A stretch of DNA of 64,000 bases from NCBI GenBank assembly GCA_964575275.1, contig CAZNPE010000001.1, forward strand, positions 319,904 to 383,903, in the 5' to 3' direction. This document shows, one piece after another, positions 44,340 through 52,880 of this stretch; the stretch's first letter is position 1, and each line of letters opens with the position of its first letter. Under the pieces are notes generated by a model. That model worked only from the letters and a program-made list of their open reading frames with translations, was not told the DNA's origin and searched no databases. The position numbers were made by a program, and so were the translations under genes. The DNA is from an uncultured Candidatus Peribacteria bacterium (GTDB taxonomy: Bacteria > Patescibacteriota > Gracilibacteria > Peribacterales > Peribacteraceae).

Positions 44340-44858
44340 ATGGCTCTCTCTATTGCTCCAGAAGTAAACGAAGTTACGATAGAAACATTGTCCGCACAGT
44401 TCGATGAAGCAGTTCGGCTCTACGAGTCACACAGTGTTCACGCAGGATTTCCAGAGCCGGAGAAGGGTATTCCTGATACGCGCAAATTTCCTCAGGGTGT
44501 CTGGGTCGATGACCAGGTCATTCAGCACGGAATCGTACGCCCACATCGTACGGGAGATTCAACACATGAGTCGTTTGTGCTCTGGAAGCGAGGTGATGGT
44601 GATTCTGGCTTAGGTATCAAGCGAGTGACTTATCCTATGGGCGAGCAACGCTTTAGCCTTCGACAGTTCACAACGTCCGATACCTCAAGCATTGGCATCG
44701 AAGAGGATCCCCACGCACTTCGTGCGGCTTCAGAATTTTTAGCGACACTCACTGAGGCGATGGAACAGGCTGAGCATCCTGCTGTTGCAACGCGCATCGC
44801 GACAGCTCGCGAGGAAGTTCTCGCAGCACTCAAGGCCGTCCAAGCCGAGTCTCTATAG
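44340..44858 (+). CDS. Hypothetical protein
   Basis: 172-aa ORF. No family was recognised. Confidence 0.5.
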   Translation: MALSIAPEVNEVTIETLSAQFDEAVRLYESHSVHAGFPEPEKGIPDTRKFPQGVWVDDQVIQHGIVRPHRTGDSTHESFVLWKRGDGDSGLGIKRVTYPMGEQRFSLRQFTTSDTSSIGIEEDPHALRAASEFLATLTEAMEQAEHPAVATRIATAREEVLAALKAVQAESL

Positions 44859-44934
44859 TCACGTCACAAATGTGAATTCTTCGAAAGTCCAATGAGTGTG
44901 AGTGCGTGTGGTGTTCGCCTACACTCCGTCCCTT

Positions 44935-45897
44935 ATGTTGGACAAGGCACTCGTTTCCCAGGCACTGAGTAGGCTCAAAAGCGCCAAGCGCGTGAAGTGC
45001 ATGTGTCACAGAAATCCCGACGGCGATGCGATTGGTTCTGTCGCTGGCATGGCGATCCTTCTCGAAGACAATCTTCCAAATATCCCGGTTGAGCTCTACT
45101 GCGTCGATCCATCACCACCGCTCTTCTCGTACCTGCCGCATGCGGGCCGCATCCGTCAGGATCTCAAGGCTGAAGAAGGGGATGTATTCGTCTTTCTGGA
45201 TTCTGCAGAGGCAAAGCTCACCGAGTATCACGAGAAGCTGCCGCAGATTTTTGGTGGGGCGTGGCCATCCATCTGTATCGATCACCATGTGACAAACTCC
45301 AAGTACGCCGAGATCAATATCGTTGTTGCAGAAGCATCCTCAACGTGTGAAATTCTTGCAGACTTTGCGGACGCTCTTGAGTGGAAACTTTCCGCCGACG
45401 CAGCGACTGCACTCCTCACAGGTGTGTACACCGATACCGGTGGACTCCTTCATAGCAACACAACACCCAAGGTCTATCGTACGGTCGCACGCTTGCTTCG
45501 TGCTGGTGCTCGTCAGTCAACAATGGTGCAGCAGGTCTTCCGCACGGCAAAGATCTCCACGCTTCGTCTGTGGGGCAGAGTCTTAGAGAAGATCTCTGTC
45601 ACCGATGAAGGTGGTGCCATCTCGGCTCTCACCGAGCGCGACTTCTTAGCAACAGGTGCTGAGTACTCCGAGCTCACAGGCGCCATCGACTACGTGAACG
45701 CAGTTCCTGGTATGAAGTTCTCCCTTGTCCTCACGGAGCGTGGCGGCAAAGTGAAGGGCTCTATCCGCACGCTGCGCGATGATGTCGATGTGTCCAAAAT
45801 GGCCGCTGGTTTCCAGGGCGGCGGACACAAGAAAGCCGCGGGATTTGCGGTGGAAGGAAAACTGGTGCCGGAAGTGAGGTGGAAGGTAGAGCAGTAA
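44935..45897 (+). CDS. DHH/DHHA1 phosphoesterase (NrnA-like)
   Basis: HRNPDGDAIGS, DHH (CIDHHVTN) and GGGHKKAAGF. The start is set to the ATG at 44935, with TACACT 9 nt upstream. Confidence 0.8.
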   Translation: MLDKALVSQALSRLKSAKRVKCMCHRNPDGDAIGSVAGMAILLEDNLPNIPVELYCVDPSPPLFSYLPHAGRIRQDLKAEEGDVFVFLDSAEAKLTEYHEKLPQIFGGAWPSICIDHHVTNSKYAEINIVVAEASSTCEILADFADALEWKLSADAATALLTGVYTDTGGLLHSNTTPKVYRTVARLLRAGARQSTMVQQVFRTAKISTLRLWGRVLEKISVTDEGGAISALTERDFLATGAEYSELTGAIDYVNAVPGMKFSLVLTERGGKVKGSIRTLRDDVDVSKMAAGFQGGGHKKAAGFAVEGKLVPEVRWKVEQ

Positions 45898-45973
45898 GTA
45901 GTAGGCAGTAAGTAGTAAGCATCGAAAAAAGGTAGCTGTAGTAATTAACCCCTTACTACATACTACTTACTAC
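45892..45973. repeat. Imperfect palindrome built from AGTA/GTAAGTAGTA words between convergent genes
   Basis: gtaagtagta occurs at 45894 and 45908, and its complement tactacttac at 45961. The element spans both stop codons. Confidence 0.6.
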
Positions 45974-47892
45974 TTCTGTTCAGCGTCCTTCTTCGCCTTC
46001 TCTGCCGCTCGTTTCTTCAATACCTCATCCGGCTTTGTCGTGATGATCTCGTGTTCGTTCGGACTTGCGACCACCTGGATCGCAACGTGTGTGTTACCAG
46101 CGAAGAGGAGACCCTGACCAACACCGGAGTTGAGGAGCAAGTACTTCTCGCCATCCGTCAGGTAGAAGAGTTTCGCCAAGTTATCGACGCTCGCAGCCGA
46201 CTGCTTCAGAAGCATCTGGAGTGATGTGTTACTGATGATCGGCTTTCCGTACGGAGAGTTAATGAAGTCGTCGATGTCCTGCGTGATGGTGGTGACACCA
46301 AGGAAGTACTTACGTGCACGCTTGATGAGACCATACAAGAACTGAGCGGAGTCTTCGTACTGCATGAGGTTCCATGCTTCGTCGATGACGAGCAAGCGCT
46401 TGCGCATGTCAGCACGGATACGGTTCCAGAGGAAGTTCAAGACAACGTAGATAGCAATTGGGCGGAGGACTTCTTCCAAGTCGCGAATCTGGAAGACGAC
46501 CATCTCGTTGTCGAGTGCCACGTTCGTTGGCTTGTCGAAGAGTCCGGAGAAGCTACCAGTTGTGTACTTTTGCAGAGTCTGTGCCATTGCTTCACCACCC
46601 TGACTTGTCATGAGCACATCGATGAGGTCATGAAGAGTCGGTGGTTCCATCTTTCCTGGCTCAGGAGTCTGGAGCGTAATACCTTTGAGCGCGTATGCAT
46701 CGAGGATTGCCTTATCCAGAATTCCTTCCTCCGCTGGTGTAACAGAGCCAAGCATGAGCTTGAAGAGACCATGCAAGTTGATGACAGCGCTACGGAGGGT
46801 TTCACCAACCTCGGCTTCGTCACCACGAACAGCGAGCGGAAGATCGAATGGATTGATGCGGTGTGAGCTCTGAAGAGAGATAGGGATCATGGCACCGCCG
46901 ACTGTCTGACAGAGGTCGACATACTCGTTTTCTGGGTCGATGACGTAGGCCTGCACGCCCTGGATGAGCGAGCGGAGGATTTCCAGCTTCACGACGTACG
47001 ACTTACCAGCACCGGATGTCGCAAAGACGTTCGCGTTTGCATTCGGGAGATCGAAGCGGTCGAAGATAATGAGGGAGTCGTTATGACGGTTGATTCCGTA
47101 GAGGATACCGTGGTCATCCGTGAGATCGGATGAGCTGAATGGGAAGCTTGTCGCAATCGCCTGTGTATTCATGTTGCGGTTGAAGTCGAGCTCGTCCAAA
47201 CAGTATGGCAAGCAGCTGTTCCAGCCATGTTCCATCTGGAACGCACTTGGCTTTGTCAGGATCAGCTTTCCACCGAGAATCGCTTCTACGTCGGTCTGCA
47301 CCTTCTTGAGCTTGGCTTCGTTCTCGGCGTAGATCGTGAAGTAGAACCCGAGCTGGAAGAGCTTCTCGGAACCACGAGCCAGAAGGTCGCGGAGTTCCTC
47401 GGCGTCTTGGAGAGCAGCCTCGAGAGTTGGGTCACGAACGATGCCGCGCTGCTGGAGCATGCGAATGGAGCTACGCATTTCCGCCACTTTCTTACGGAGC
47501 ATTTTGAGGATGACCTTGTTGCTCGCTGGGTAGATGAACATGGAAATGTCCGCCTGGATATCGAAGTTGATGAGCTGCGAGAGCCAGTTTGGATAGATCT
47601 GACTTGGCCAGTTGTATGCGTAAAAACTACGAGCAACGAGCTGGTCGTTTAGGTGAATCATCGAACGATCGAACTTGAGACCGGCAGGGGCGATGACGTC
47701 GAGAAGTTTCTGCAAGCCCTCTTCGTAGCGCTTCACGATTTCCTTTTCTTCTTTCGTTAGCTCACCCTCTTTATCACTCAGCATTACTTCCTCCATGCTG
47801 CTATGCAGACCAAGGAGTTCATCCATCACCGAGATCATCTTCTCGGCGGCTAGTGGGATGTGTTTTGCTGTGTTTGATGCGTTTTGTGCCAT
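45970..47892 (-). CDS. VirB4/TraC-type type IV secretion ATPase
   Basis: N-terminal VirB4-like region (IAPAGLKFDRSMIHLNDQLVARSFYAYNWP), Walker A FATSGAGKSYVVK and Walker B LLVIDEAWNL. The start is set to the ATG at 47892, with TGGTATACT 6 nt upstream. Confidence 0.8.
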   Translation of the reverse strand: MAQNASNTAKHIPLAAEKMISVMDELLGLHSSMEEVMLSDKEGELTKEEKEIVKRYEEGLQKLLDVIAPAGLKFDRSMIHLNDQLVARSFYAYNWPSQIYPNWLSQLINFDIQADISMFIYPASNKVILKMLRKKVAEMRSSIRMLQQRGIVRDPTLEAALQDAEELRDLLARGSEKLFQLGFYFTIYAENEAKLKKVQTDVEAILGGKLILTKPSAFQMEHGWNSCLPYCLDELDFNRNMNTQAIATSFPFSSSDLTDDHGILYGINRHNDSLIIFDRFDLPNANANVFATSGAGKSYVVKLEILRSLIQGVQAYVIDPENEYVDLCQTVGGAMIPISLQSSHRINPFDLPLAVRGDEAEVGETLRSAVINLHGLFKLMLGSVTPAEEGILDKAILDAYALKGITLQTPEPGKMEPPTLHDLIDVLMTSQGGEAMAQTLQKYTTGSFSGLFDKPTNVALDNEMVVFQIRDLEEVLRPIAIYVVLNFLWNRIRADMRKRLLVIDEAWNLMQYEDSAQFLYGLIKRARKYFLGVTTITQDIDDFINSPYGKPIISNTSLQMLLKQSAASVDNLAKLFYLTDGEKYLLLNSGVGQGLLFAGNTHVAIQVVASPNEHEIITTKPDEVLKKRAAEKAKKDAEQK

Positions 47893-47898
47893 CTGAAT

Positions 47899-47907
47899 AG
47901 TATACCA
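47899..47907 (-). promoter_or_regulatory. Extended -10 (TGGTATACT) of the VirB4-like gene
   Basis: The minus strand reads TGGTATACTattcagATG. Confidence 0.5.
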
Positions 47908-47968
47908 CAGGATGCTGTTTTTTCCAATCCTCAATTCTGCCTTATTGAGAGAGTAGAAGGCTCTAGGG

Positions 47969-48029
47969 CAGAATACAGAATGTAGAATATAGAATGCAGC
48001 AGGATTCTGTATTCTGAATACTGCATTCT
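47969..48029. repeat. Nested palindromes built from AGAAT words
   Basis: cagaatacagaat (47969..47981) pairs with attctgtattctg (48004..48016). agaatgcag (47991..47999) pairs with ctgcattct (48021..48029). The 16-mer agaatatagaatgcag is shared, in reverse complement, with 54069..54084. Confidence 0.65.
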
Positions 48030-48035
48030 TTCTCG

Positions 48036-48914
48036 CTATTGGGGTAACAGCCCCTCATCAAACAATGAATCAAACTCATTGAAGCCACGACCTCCACTGC
48101 GGCGGACACGCTCTCGCTGGATAACCTGGAGCTCTTCAGCACCTGGAACATCGATGACGCGCGTGCCTGCAATGAGCGCTTCACGGTTCTTTTCGATTGC
48201 GAGGATCTTCTCGCCGTAGAGCGTGAGGAGCTGGTCCAGTGTGTTCTGTAAATCTTGGAGCTGCTCTTGCTTGAGGTCTACTTCCGAGAAGGCTGCTTGC
48301 TTCTCGGTGACAAGTTTCTGCTTCTCGCCAGCAGCGTCGAAATTTTTGTCACGCAGTGCAGTACGGAGTTCGTTCTCTGCCTTGGAAAGCTCCTGCTTTC
48401 GTTCACGCGAGAGTGCCTTGGTTTCCTCTAAAGCTGCGCCAACTTCCTTATATCGATTATTTGCTTTCTCTGCGACGTTATTGAGTGCTGTTGTATAGGC
48501 ATCGAGAGACTCCTGACGATTATCACTTCTATTCAGAAGATCTGCCACATCGACTTGTAGCGCGTCTGCAAATGCCTGGAGCAATTGATAATCAGGATCA
48601 GTTACCGTCGTTTGCGACGTCGTGATGTCACTCTGAGCTTCGACACCGAGAATTGCACTATTTGCAGCATTCGTTGTATTAGAGATCGAGAGATATTCGG
48701 ACACAAAGATACCAAGAAGAGCGGAGCGACGTGCTTTCACTGTTGCACTAGTGTTGTTTGCGATCGTGTCACTCGCGACAATTCCACTACGACCACCAGA
48801 TACAGTCACTGTTTGAGCTGTGGAATCCTTCCTTGTTTTTGTTCCACCACACCCAACGAGACCAATGCAAAGCACGAGTCCGATAGTGCCTAGAGCAATT
48901 GTATTGGTTTTCAT
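48036..48914 (-). CDS. Coiled-coil lipoprotein, hypothetical
   Basis: The start is set to the ATG at 48914 (MKTNTIALGTIGLVLCIGLVGC, lipobox LVGC). The remainder is Ala/Glu/Leu/Gln-rich with a heptad-like pattern. Confidence 0.6.
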   Translation of the reverse strand: MKTNTIALGTIGLVLCIGLVGCGGTKTRKDSTAQTVTVSGGRSGIVASDTIANNTSATVKARRSALLGIFVSEYLSISNTTNAANSAILGVEAQSDITTSQTTVTDPDYQLLQAFADALQVDVADLLNRSDNRQESLDAYTTALNNVAEKANNRYKEVGAALEETKALSRERKQELSKAENELRTALRDKNFDAAGEKQKLVTEKQAAFSEVDLKQEQLQDLQNTLDQLLTLYGEKILAIEKNREALIAGTRVIDVPGAEELQVIQRERVRRSGGRGFNEFDSLFDEGLLPQ

Positions 48915-49041
48915 GAGTACACTATTATTATACATTATTTTAATACTTTTAGCAAATATGCGAAAGCGCTCTATATTTAGAGAAGAAGAGGGGATTCGAT
49001 CACAAAAATGTTACGATGTTTTCCACATTTGACGATAAGTT

Positions 49042-49086
49042 TTGAACAATATTGGGTGTACGATCGTGCACAAATAATTTGTTCAA
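49042..49086. promoter_or_regulatory. Nested palindrome in the 280-nt lipoprotein/argS intergenic region
   Basis: The outer stem is ttgaacaa/ttgttcaa. The inner element is the near-perfect 16-bp palindrome GTGTACGATCGTGCAC (49056..49071). Confidence 0.4.
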
Positions 49087-49194
49087 AAGTATGAAATGCA
49101 ATGAAGAAAAAGAGTGATCAAGATCAAATTTTTGATTCGCCTATACAACGCAAATCTTCCATATACAGTAGCGGTGCTTCCCTGAGTACTTCCT

Positions 49195-50895
49195 GTGTTC
49201 GATGTAAGAAAAAAATTATCGGCTGCCGCAGAGAAAATTCTGACCAAGAAATACGGGCAGTCGACAGTTATCCACTTCGATGTTTCTATGGAACAGGGGA
49301 GGGGTGATCTCACTACATCTGCTGCTCTCCAGCTAGCCAAGAAGGTTGGTTCTTCCCCGCGCGATGTTGCCACTGTTTTAGCCGATGCATTTAAAGGTGT
49401 AGAGGGCGTGGATTCTGTAGAGATTGCAGGTCCAGGTTTCGTGAATGTCACACTGACAGCCGATGCGCTCATCAGTGGATTCACTCAGTCTCGTAAGGCA
49501 TGTCTTCCCAGCAAGAAGAGGAAGGAGCAGCCAGTCATTGTTGAATACTCTCAGCCGAACATTGCCAAGCCACTCGGCATTCACCACATCATTGGAACTG
49601 TCTTGGGTCAGGCGGTCAGCAACTTGTACGAGCACCAGGGCTACCCAGTCATCCGGTGGAACTACATCGGCGACTGGGGCACCCAGTTCGGTAAGCTCGC
49701 CGTAGCGAAAGAGAAGTGGGCGAAGGATAAGAAGACATCGTCCATGACGCTCGATGAGCTCCTCGCGCTCTACGTGAAATTTCATGAAGAGCTCAAGAAC
49801 GACGCAACGCTTGAAGATCAAGGTCGGGCTGCTTCCCTCAAGCTGGAGCAGGGCGACAAAGAGCTCCGTGCTTTCTGGAAAGATGTTGTGAAAGTGACGA
49901 AGGCAACACTGGCAGAGCTCTACCGACGCTTGCATGTGGAGTTCGATTTGGATTTGGGCGAGAGCTTCTACGAAGATAAAACACAGGCAATCGTAGATCT
50001 CGGAAAAAAGAAGGGTGTATTTAAGGAGGGGAAGGAAGGAGCGCTCATCGCAGAATTCCCAGAGGCCACCAAGATGCCTCCATACGTCATCGTGCGCGGC
50101 GATGGTGGAACACTCTACTCGACACGCGACATTGCGCAGATGCGCTATCGCATCGACGAATATAAACCACAGAAGATTCTCATTTTTACAGATATTGCGC
50201 AGAAATTGCACTTTGAGCAGCTCATCGAGACGTGTAAGCAGCTTGGCTGGGAGCTCCCAGAATTTGAGAATGTGCTCTTCGGTCGCATGCGTTTTGCTGA
50301 CCGTTCCATGAGCACACGTAAGGGGAATATTTTGAAGCTTGAAGATGCATTGGATGAGGCCGTCAGTCGTGCTGACACACTCATCGAGAGCAGGGGTGAC
50401 AAGATTCAGACCGATGACCCAAAGGGTTTGGCCGAGATGATTGGTGTAGGTTCACTCGTCTACGGCATTCTGAGTCAGAATCGAAAAATGGACATGGTGT
50501 TCGACTGGGACAAGATGCTCACCTTCGAAGGGAACAGCGCTCCATACGTGCAGTACACACACGCTCGTGCATGTTCTGTATTACGCAAGGCTGAGTCCGC
50601 TGTATCTGAGAAGGCGACTGTCTCCTCACTTACGGAGAAGGAGCGTGTGCTTGTGAAGCTCCTTCTGAATTTCGATCAGACGCTCCACGACGCACGCAGC
50701 GAGCACTTGCCACACAAGCTTACAAACTACTTGTACGACCTCTGCCAAGCATTCAACTCCTTCTATAACTCCGACGAAATCCTCTCGGCACCGAAAGATG
50801 TGCGTGATTTCCGTCTTCTCCTTACTTCCCTCACTGCACAGGTTATCAAAACTGGTGCAGAGATTCTCACTCTCCGCGTTCCTGAACGCATGTAA
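49195..50895 (+). CDS. argS: Arginine--tRNA ligase
   Basis: The Arg-tRNA-synthetase N-domain pattern, the HIGH-region equivalent (AKPLGIHHIIGT) and a C-terminal DALR-type anticodon-binding region. The GTG start is forced by an in-frame TGA at 49183. Confidence 0.9.
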   Translation: MFDVRKKLSAAAEKILTKKYGQSTVIHFDVSMEQGRGDLTTSAALQLAKKVGSSPRDVATVLADAFKGVEGVDSVEIAGPGFVNVTLTADALISGFTQSRKACLPSKKRKEQPVIVEYSQPNIAKPLGIHHIIGTVLGQAVSNLYEHQGYPVIRWNYIGDWGTQFGKLAVAKEKWAKDKKTSSMTLDELLALYVKFHEELKNDATLEDQGRAASLKLEQGDKELRAFWKDVVKVTKATLAELYRRLHVEFDLDLGESFYEDKTQAIVDLGKKKGVFKEGKEGALIAEFPEATKMPPYVIVRGDGGTLYSTRDIAQMRYRIDEYKPQKILIFTDIAQKLHFEQLIETCKQLGWELPEFENVLFGRMRFADRSMSTRKGNILKLEDALDEAVSRADTLIESRGDKIQTDDPKGLAEMIGVGSLVYGILSQNRKMDMVFDWDKMLTFEGNSAPYVQYTHARACSVLRKAESAVSEKATVSSLTEKERVLVKLLLNFDQTLHDARSEHLPHKLTNYLYDLCQAFNSFYNSDEILSAPKDVRDFRLLLTSLTAQVIKTGAEILTLRVPERM

Positions 50896-50915
50896 TCGTC
50901 CTTTCTTCCTTTCCC

Positions 50916-52325
50916 ATGTCCCGTTCATCTCTCTCCTTCTTCCTTCTCATTGTTTCCTTCGGCATCCTCTTTGCAGGATGCGGTGCTCCAGAGCCAGAAA
51001 AGAGCTTTGAGGAATTTACTTTTAGCGATACTGACCTAGAGCGCGTAGCCGAGATGGCGAGCACGGGATCGGTCGCATCTTCCTCCTCTGGTACTGATTA
51101 CACTGTTCTCAGTGTCACAGGAACAGCATCTACTGTAACGACGACAGTCGGCACAGTGAGTTCTATGGGTACTGTAGAGCCAAACAAGGAGAAGCAGGCA
51201 CAGTACGATGCCCTCCGTACCGTTGTTGTCGATGAAGGTGGCAATATCTACCGCGTCAATAACCCATACCTAAACGTACGCCAGTCGATGAGTGTGAGCT
51301 CGCCTCAGGTAGCTCGTCTCATTGCAGGAGACATCGTCACCGTACTTGAAATTCCTACTGCAGAGTGGGCAAAGGTAAAGTTGATGAACAGCGAAGAGGG
51401 GTACGTGTCGTTCCGCTATCTTGCCAAGCTTACGACGGAGTCCAAGCTTTCTGAGGAGAAGAAGCAGTTCGATGGAAAGTACTACGTGGATTTCCAGTTC
51501 TTGAACATTCGCAAAGAGCCATCGACGCAGGCTGAAAAGGTAGGTGAGCTCCCGGGGCAGGCAATCATTAAGCCACTCTCGATGAATGGTGAGTGGGCTC
51601 GAGTAGCGTACGAAGGAAAGGAGGGATACGTTTCCACTCAGTATCTGAAGCCATTCTTGCCTGTATTCCTCGTACGTCAGGATGACTACAAGCTCCCGAT
51701 TTTGCACTACTACGCCGATGACACTGCGAGCATCAATGCACTTTCGACACAGGTTGCCGCACTCAAGGCTGCGGGGAAGAAAATTGTCACACTCAAGTCG
51801 CTCTATGACACTGTCCTCGCACAGGAGACAAAAGATGCACGCATCAATCCGGGAACTGTCGTTATTGTTATCTCTGGCGTAAATGCACAGAACGTTCGTG
51901 CTGTTGGCGATGCGCTCAACAATGCCGGAGCTGTCGCAACACTGTTTGTTCTCACCAAGGATGTTGGTGTGGCAGGCATTACCGAGAAAGCCATGCTCAA
52001 CCTCATGGCAAATGGAAACGAAATCCAGTCTGGTGGTCACACAGGTGATGATCTCCGTTCCATGACAGACTCACAGGTCAGCTTGGAACTTGGTCAGAGC
52101 AAGAAGCTTATTGAGGACATCACGAAGCGCGAGGTGTACGTCTTCGATTATCCAAAGGGTGGCGTGAATGATCGCATCATGAAGCAGGCTCAAGAGATGG
52201 GATACCTCTTCGGTATCAGTCAGTCGCCAGACAGCAAGTTCACACGAGCGCAGTTCCTTCGATTGCCAACGCTCATGGTCAGCTCGGGTATGTCAGCAGA
52301 GGACGTGGTGAAGCTGACGAATTAA
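50916..52325 (+). CDS. Lipoprotein with two SH3b-like domains and a polysaccharide deacetylase (NodB-like) domain
   Basis: Lipobox LFAGC. There are two L(N/F)VRxxxS...G..V.VLE...WAKV...GYVS..YL repeats. The C-terminal region has GNEIQSGGHTGDDL. Confidence 0.6.
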   Translation: MSRSSLSFFLLIVSFGILFAGCGAPEPEKSFEEFTFSDTDLERVAEMASTGSVASSSSGTDYTVLSVTGTASTVTTTVGTVSSMGTVEPNKEKQAQYDALRTVVVDEGGNIYRVNNPYLNVRQSMSVSSPQVARLIAGDIVTVLEIPTAEWAKVKLMNSEEGYVSFRYLAKLTTESKLSEEKKQFDGKYYVDFQFLNIRKEPSTQAEKVGELPGQAIIKPLSMNGEWARVAYEGKEGYVSTQYLKPFLPVFLVRQDDYKLPILHYYADDTASINALSTQVAALKAAGKKIVTLKSLYDTVLAQETKDARINPGTVVIVISGVNAQNVRAVGDALNNAGAVATLFVLTKDVGVAGITEKAMLNLMANGNEIQSGGHTGDDLRSMTDSQVSLELGQSKKLIEDITKREVYVFDYPKGGVNDRIMKQAQEMGYLFGISQSPDSKFTRAQFLRLPTLMVSSGMSAEDVVKLTN

Positions 52326-52341
52326 TTCTCTTCGATGCCGG

Positions 52342-52376
52342 GAAGAGCGGGAGATGGGGGTCTCCTGCTCTTTTGT
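52342..52376 (+). terminator. Intrinsic terminator after the SH3b/deacetylase gene
   Basis: aagagcgggaga-tggggg-tctcctgctctt (12-bp stem with one G-U pair) followed by TTTGTT. Confidence 0.7.
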
Positions 52377-52382
52377 TATATT

Positions 52383-52536
52383 CGCGAAAGGGACTACGTC
52401 CCTCTCGCGGGCTCTCCCTGAAAAGGTGGCGCTCCAGGCAAGCGGAGCTCGCCTTCGCGCGTTTGTTAAATTAGGGAAAGTTTTAATATCAAACTAGCGC
52501 GGGATGCTTCCCGCGAACCGCGGCGTAGCCGCGGGA
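52383..52536. other. GC-rich cluster of four hairpins (possible sRNA or REP-like elements)
   Basis: The four hairpins are cgcgaaaggga-ctacg-tccctctcgcg, ggcgctcc..ggagctcgcc, cgcggga-tgct-tcccgcg and ccgcggc-gta-gccgcgg. No ORF is present. Confidence 0.4.
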
Positions 52537-52571
52537 AAGGAGAGCACACCTCCGGTCGCTCTATAATCAGA

Positions 52572-52862
52572 TTATTTCTTCTGTGTCTGATTCAACAACT
52601 GATCCAACATGCTGTTGCCCTGCTGCTTGGTGTATTCACCTGCGGCGGTTGCTGCCTGTTCCGCAACCATCTTCATGAGCTCTGCACCGTGTGCAATGAC
52701 GTACCAGGAGCTCACGATCACAAAAAGAATGGAGACAATCGAGATGCCAGAACGAAGATATCCGCCCCACATACGCATGCGGTCGCGCTCATCAAGTTTG
52801 CGCAGATGGACGATGATTTCATCGAGTTTTGCTTCGACTGACGTGGGGAGTTCTTTAGGCAT
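52572..52862 (-). CDS. Small membrane protein, hypothetical
   Basis: The start is set to the ATG at 52862 (MPKELPT...), with TACACT 7 nt upstream. It has one TM helix (ISIVSILFVIVSSWYVI). Confidence 0.5.
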   Translation of the reverse strand: MPKELPTSVEAKLDEIIVHLRKLDERDRMRMWGGYLRSGISIVSILFVIVSSWYVIAHGAELMKMVAEQAATAAGEYTKQQGNSMLDQLLNQTQKK

Positions 52863-52880
52863 AGGGTGAAGTGTACACAC

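Noticed and set aside
48915-49194. A possible T-box riboswitch upstream of argS.
   Set aside because: Only a loose resemblance (GGGTGTACGATCG) to the T-box core is present. I could not identify Stem I, a specifier loop with an Arg codon, the AG bulge, or a terminator/antiterminator pair.
52562-52567. A perfect TATAAT hexamer on the plus strand.
   Set aside because: It points into the 3' end of a minus-strand gene, with no downstream start codon or RNA gene. It is likely fortuitous.
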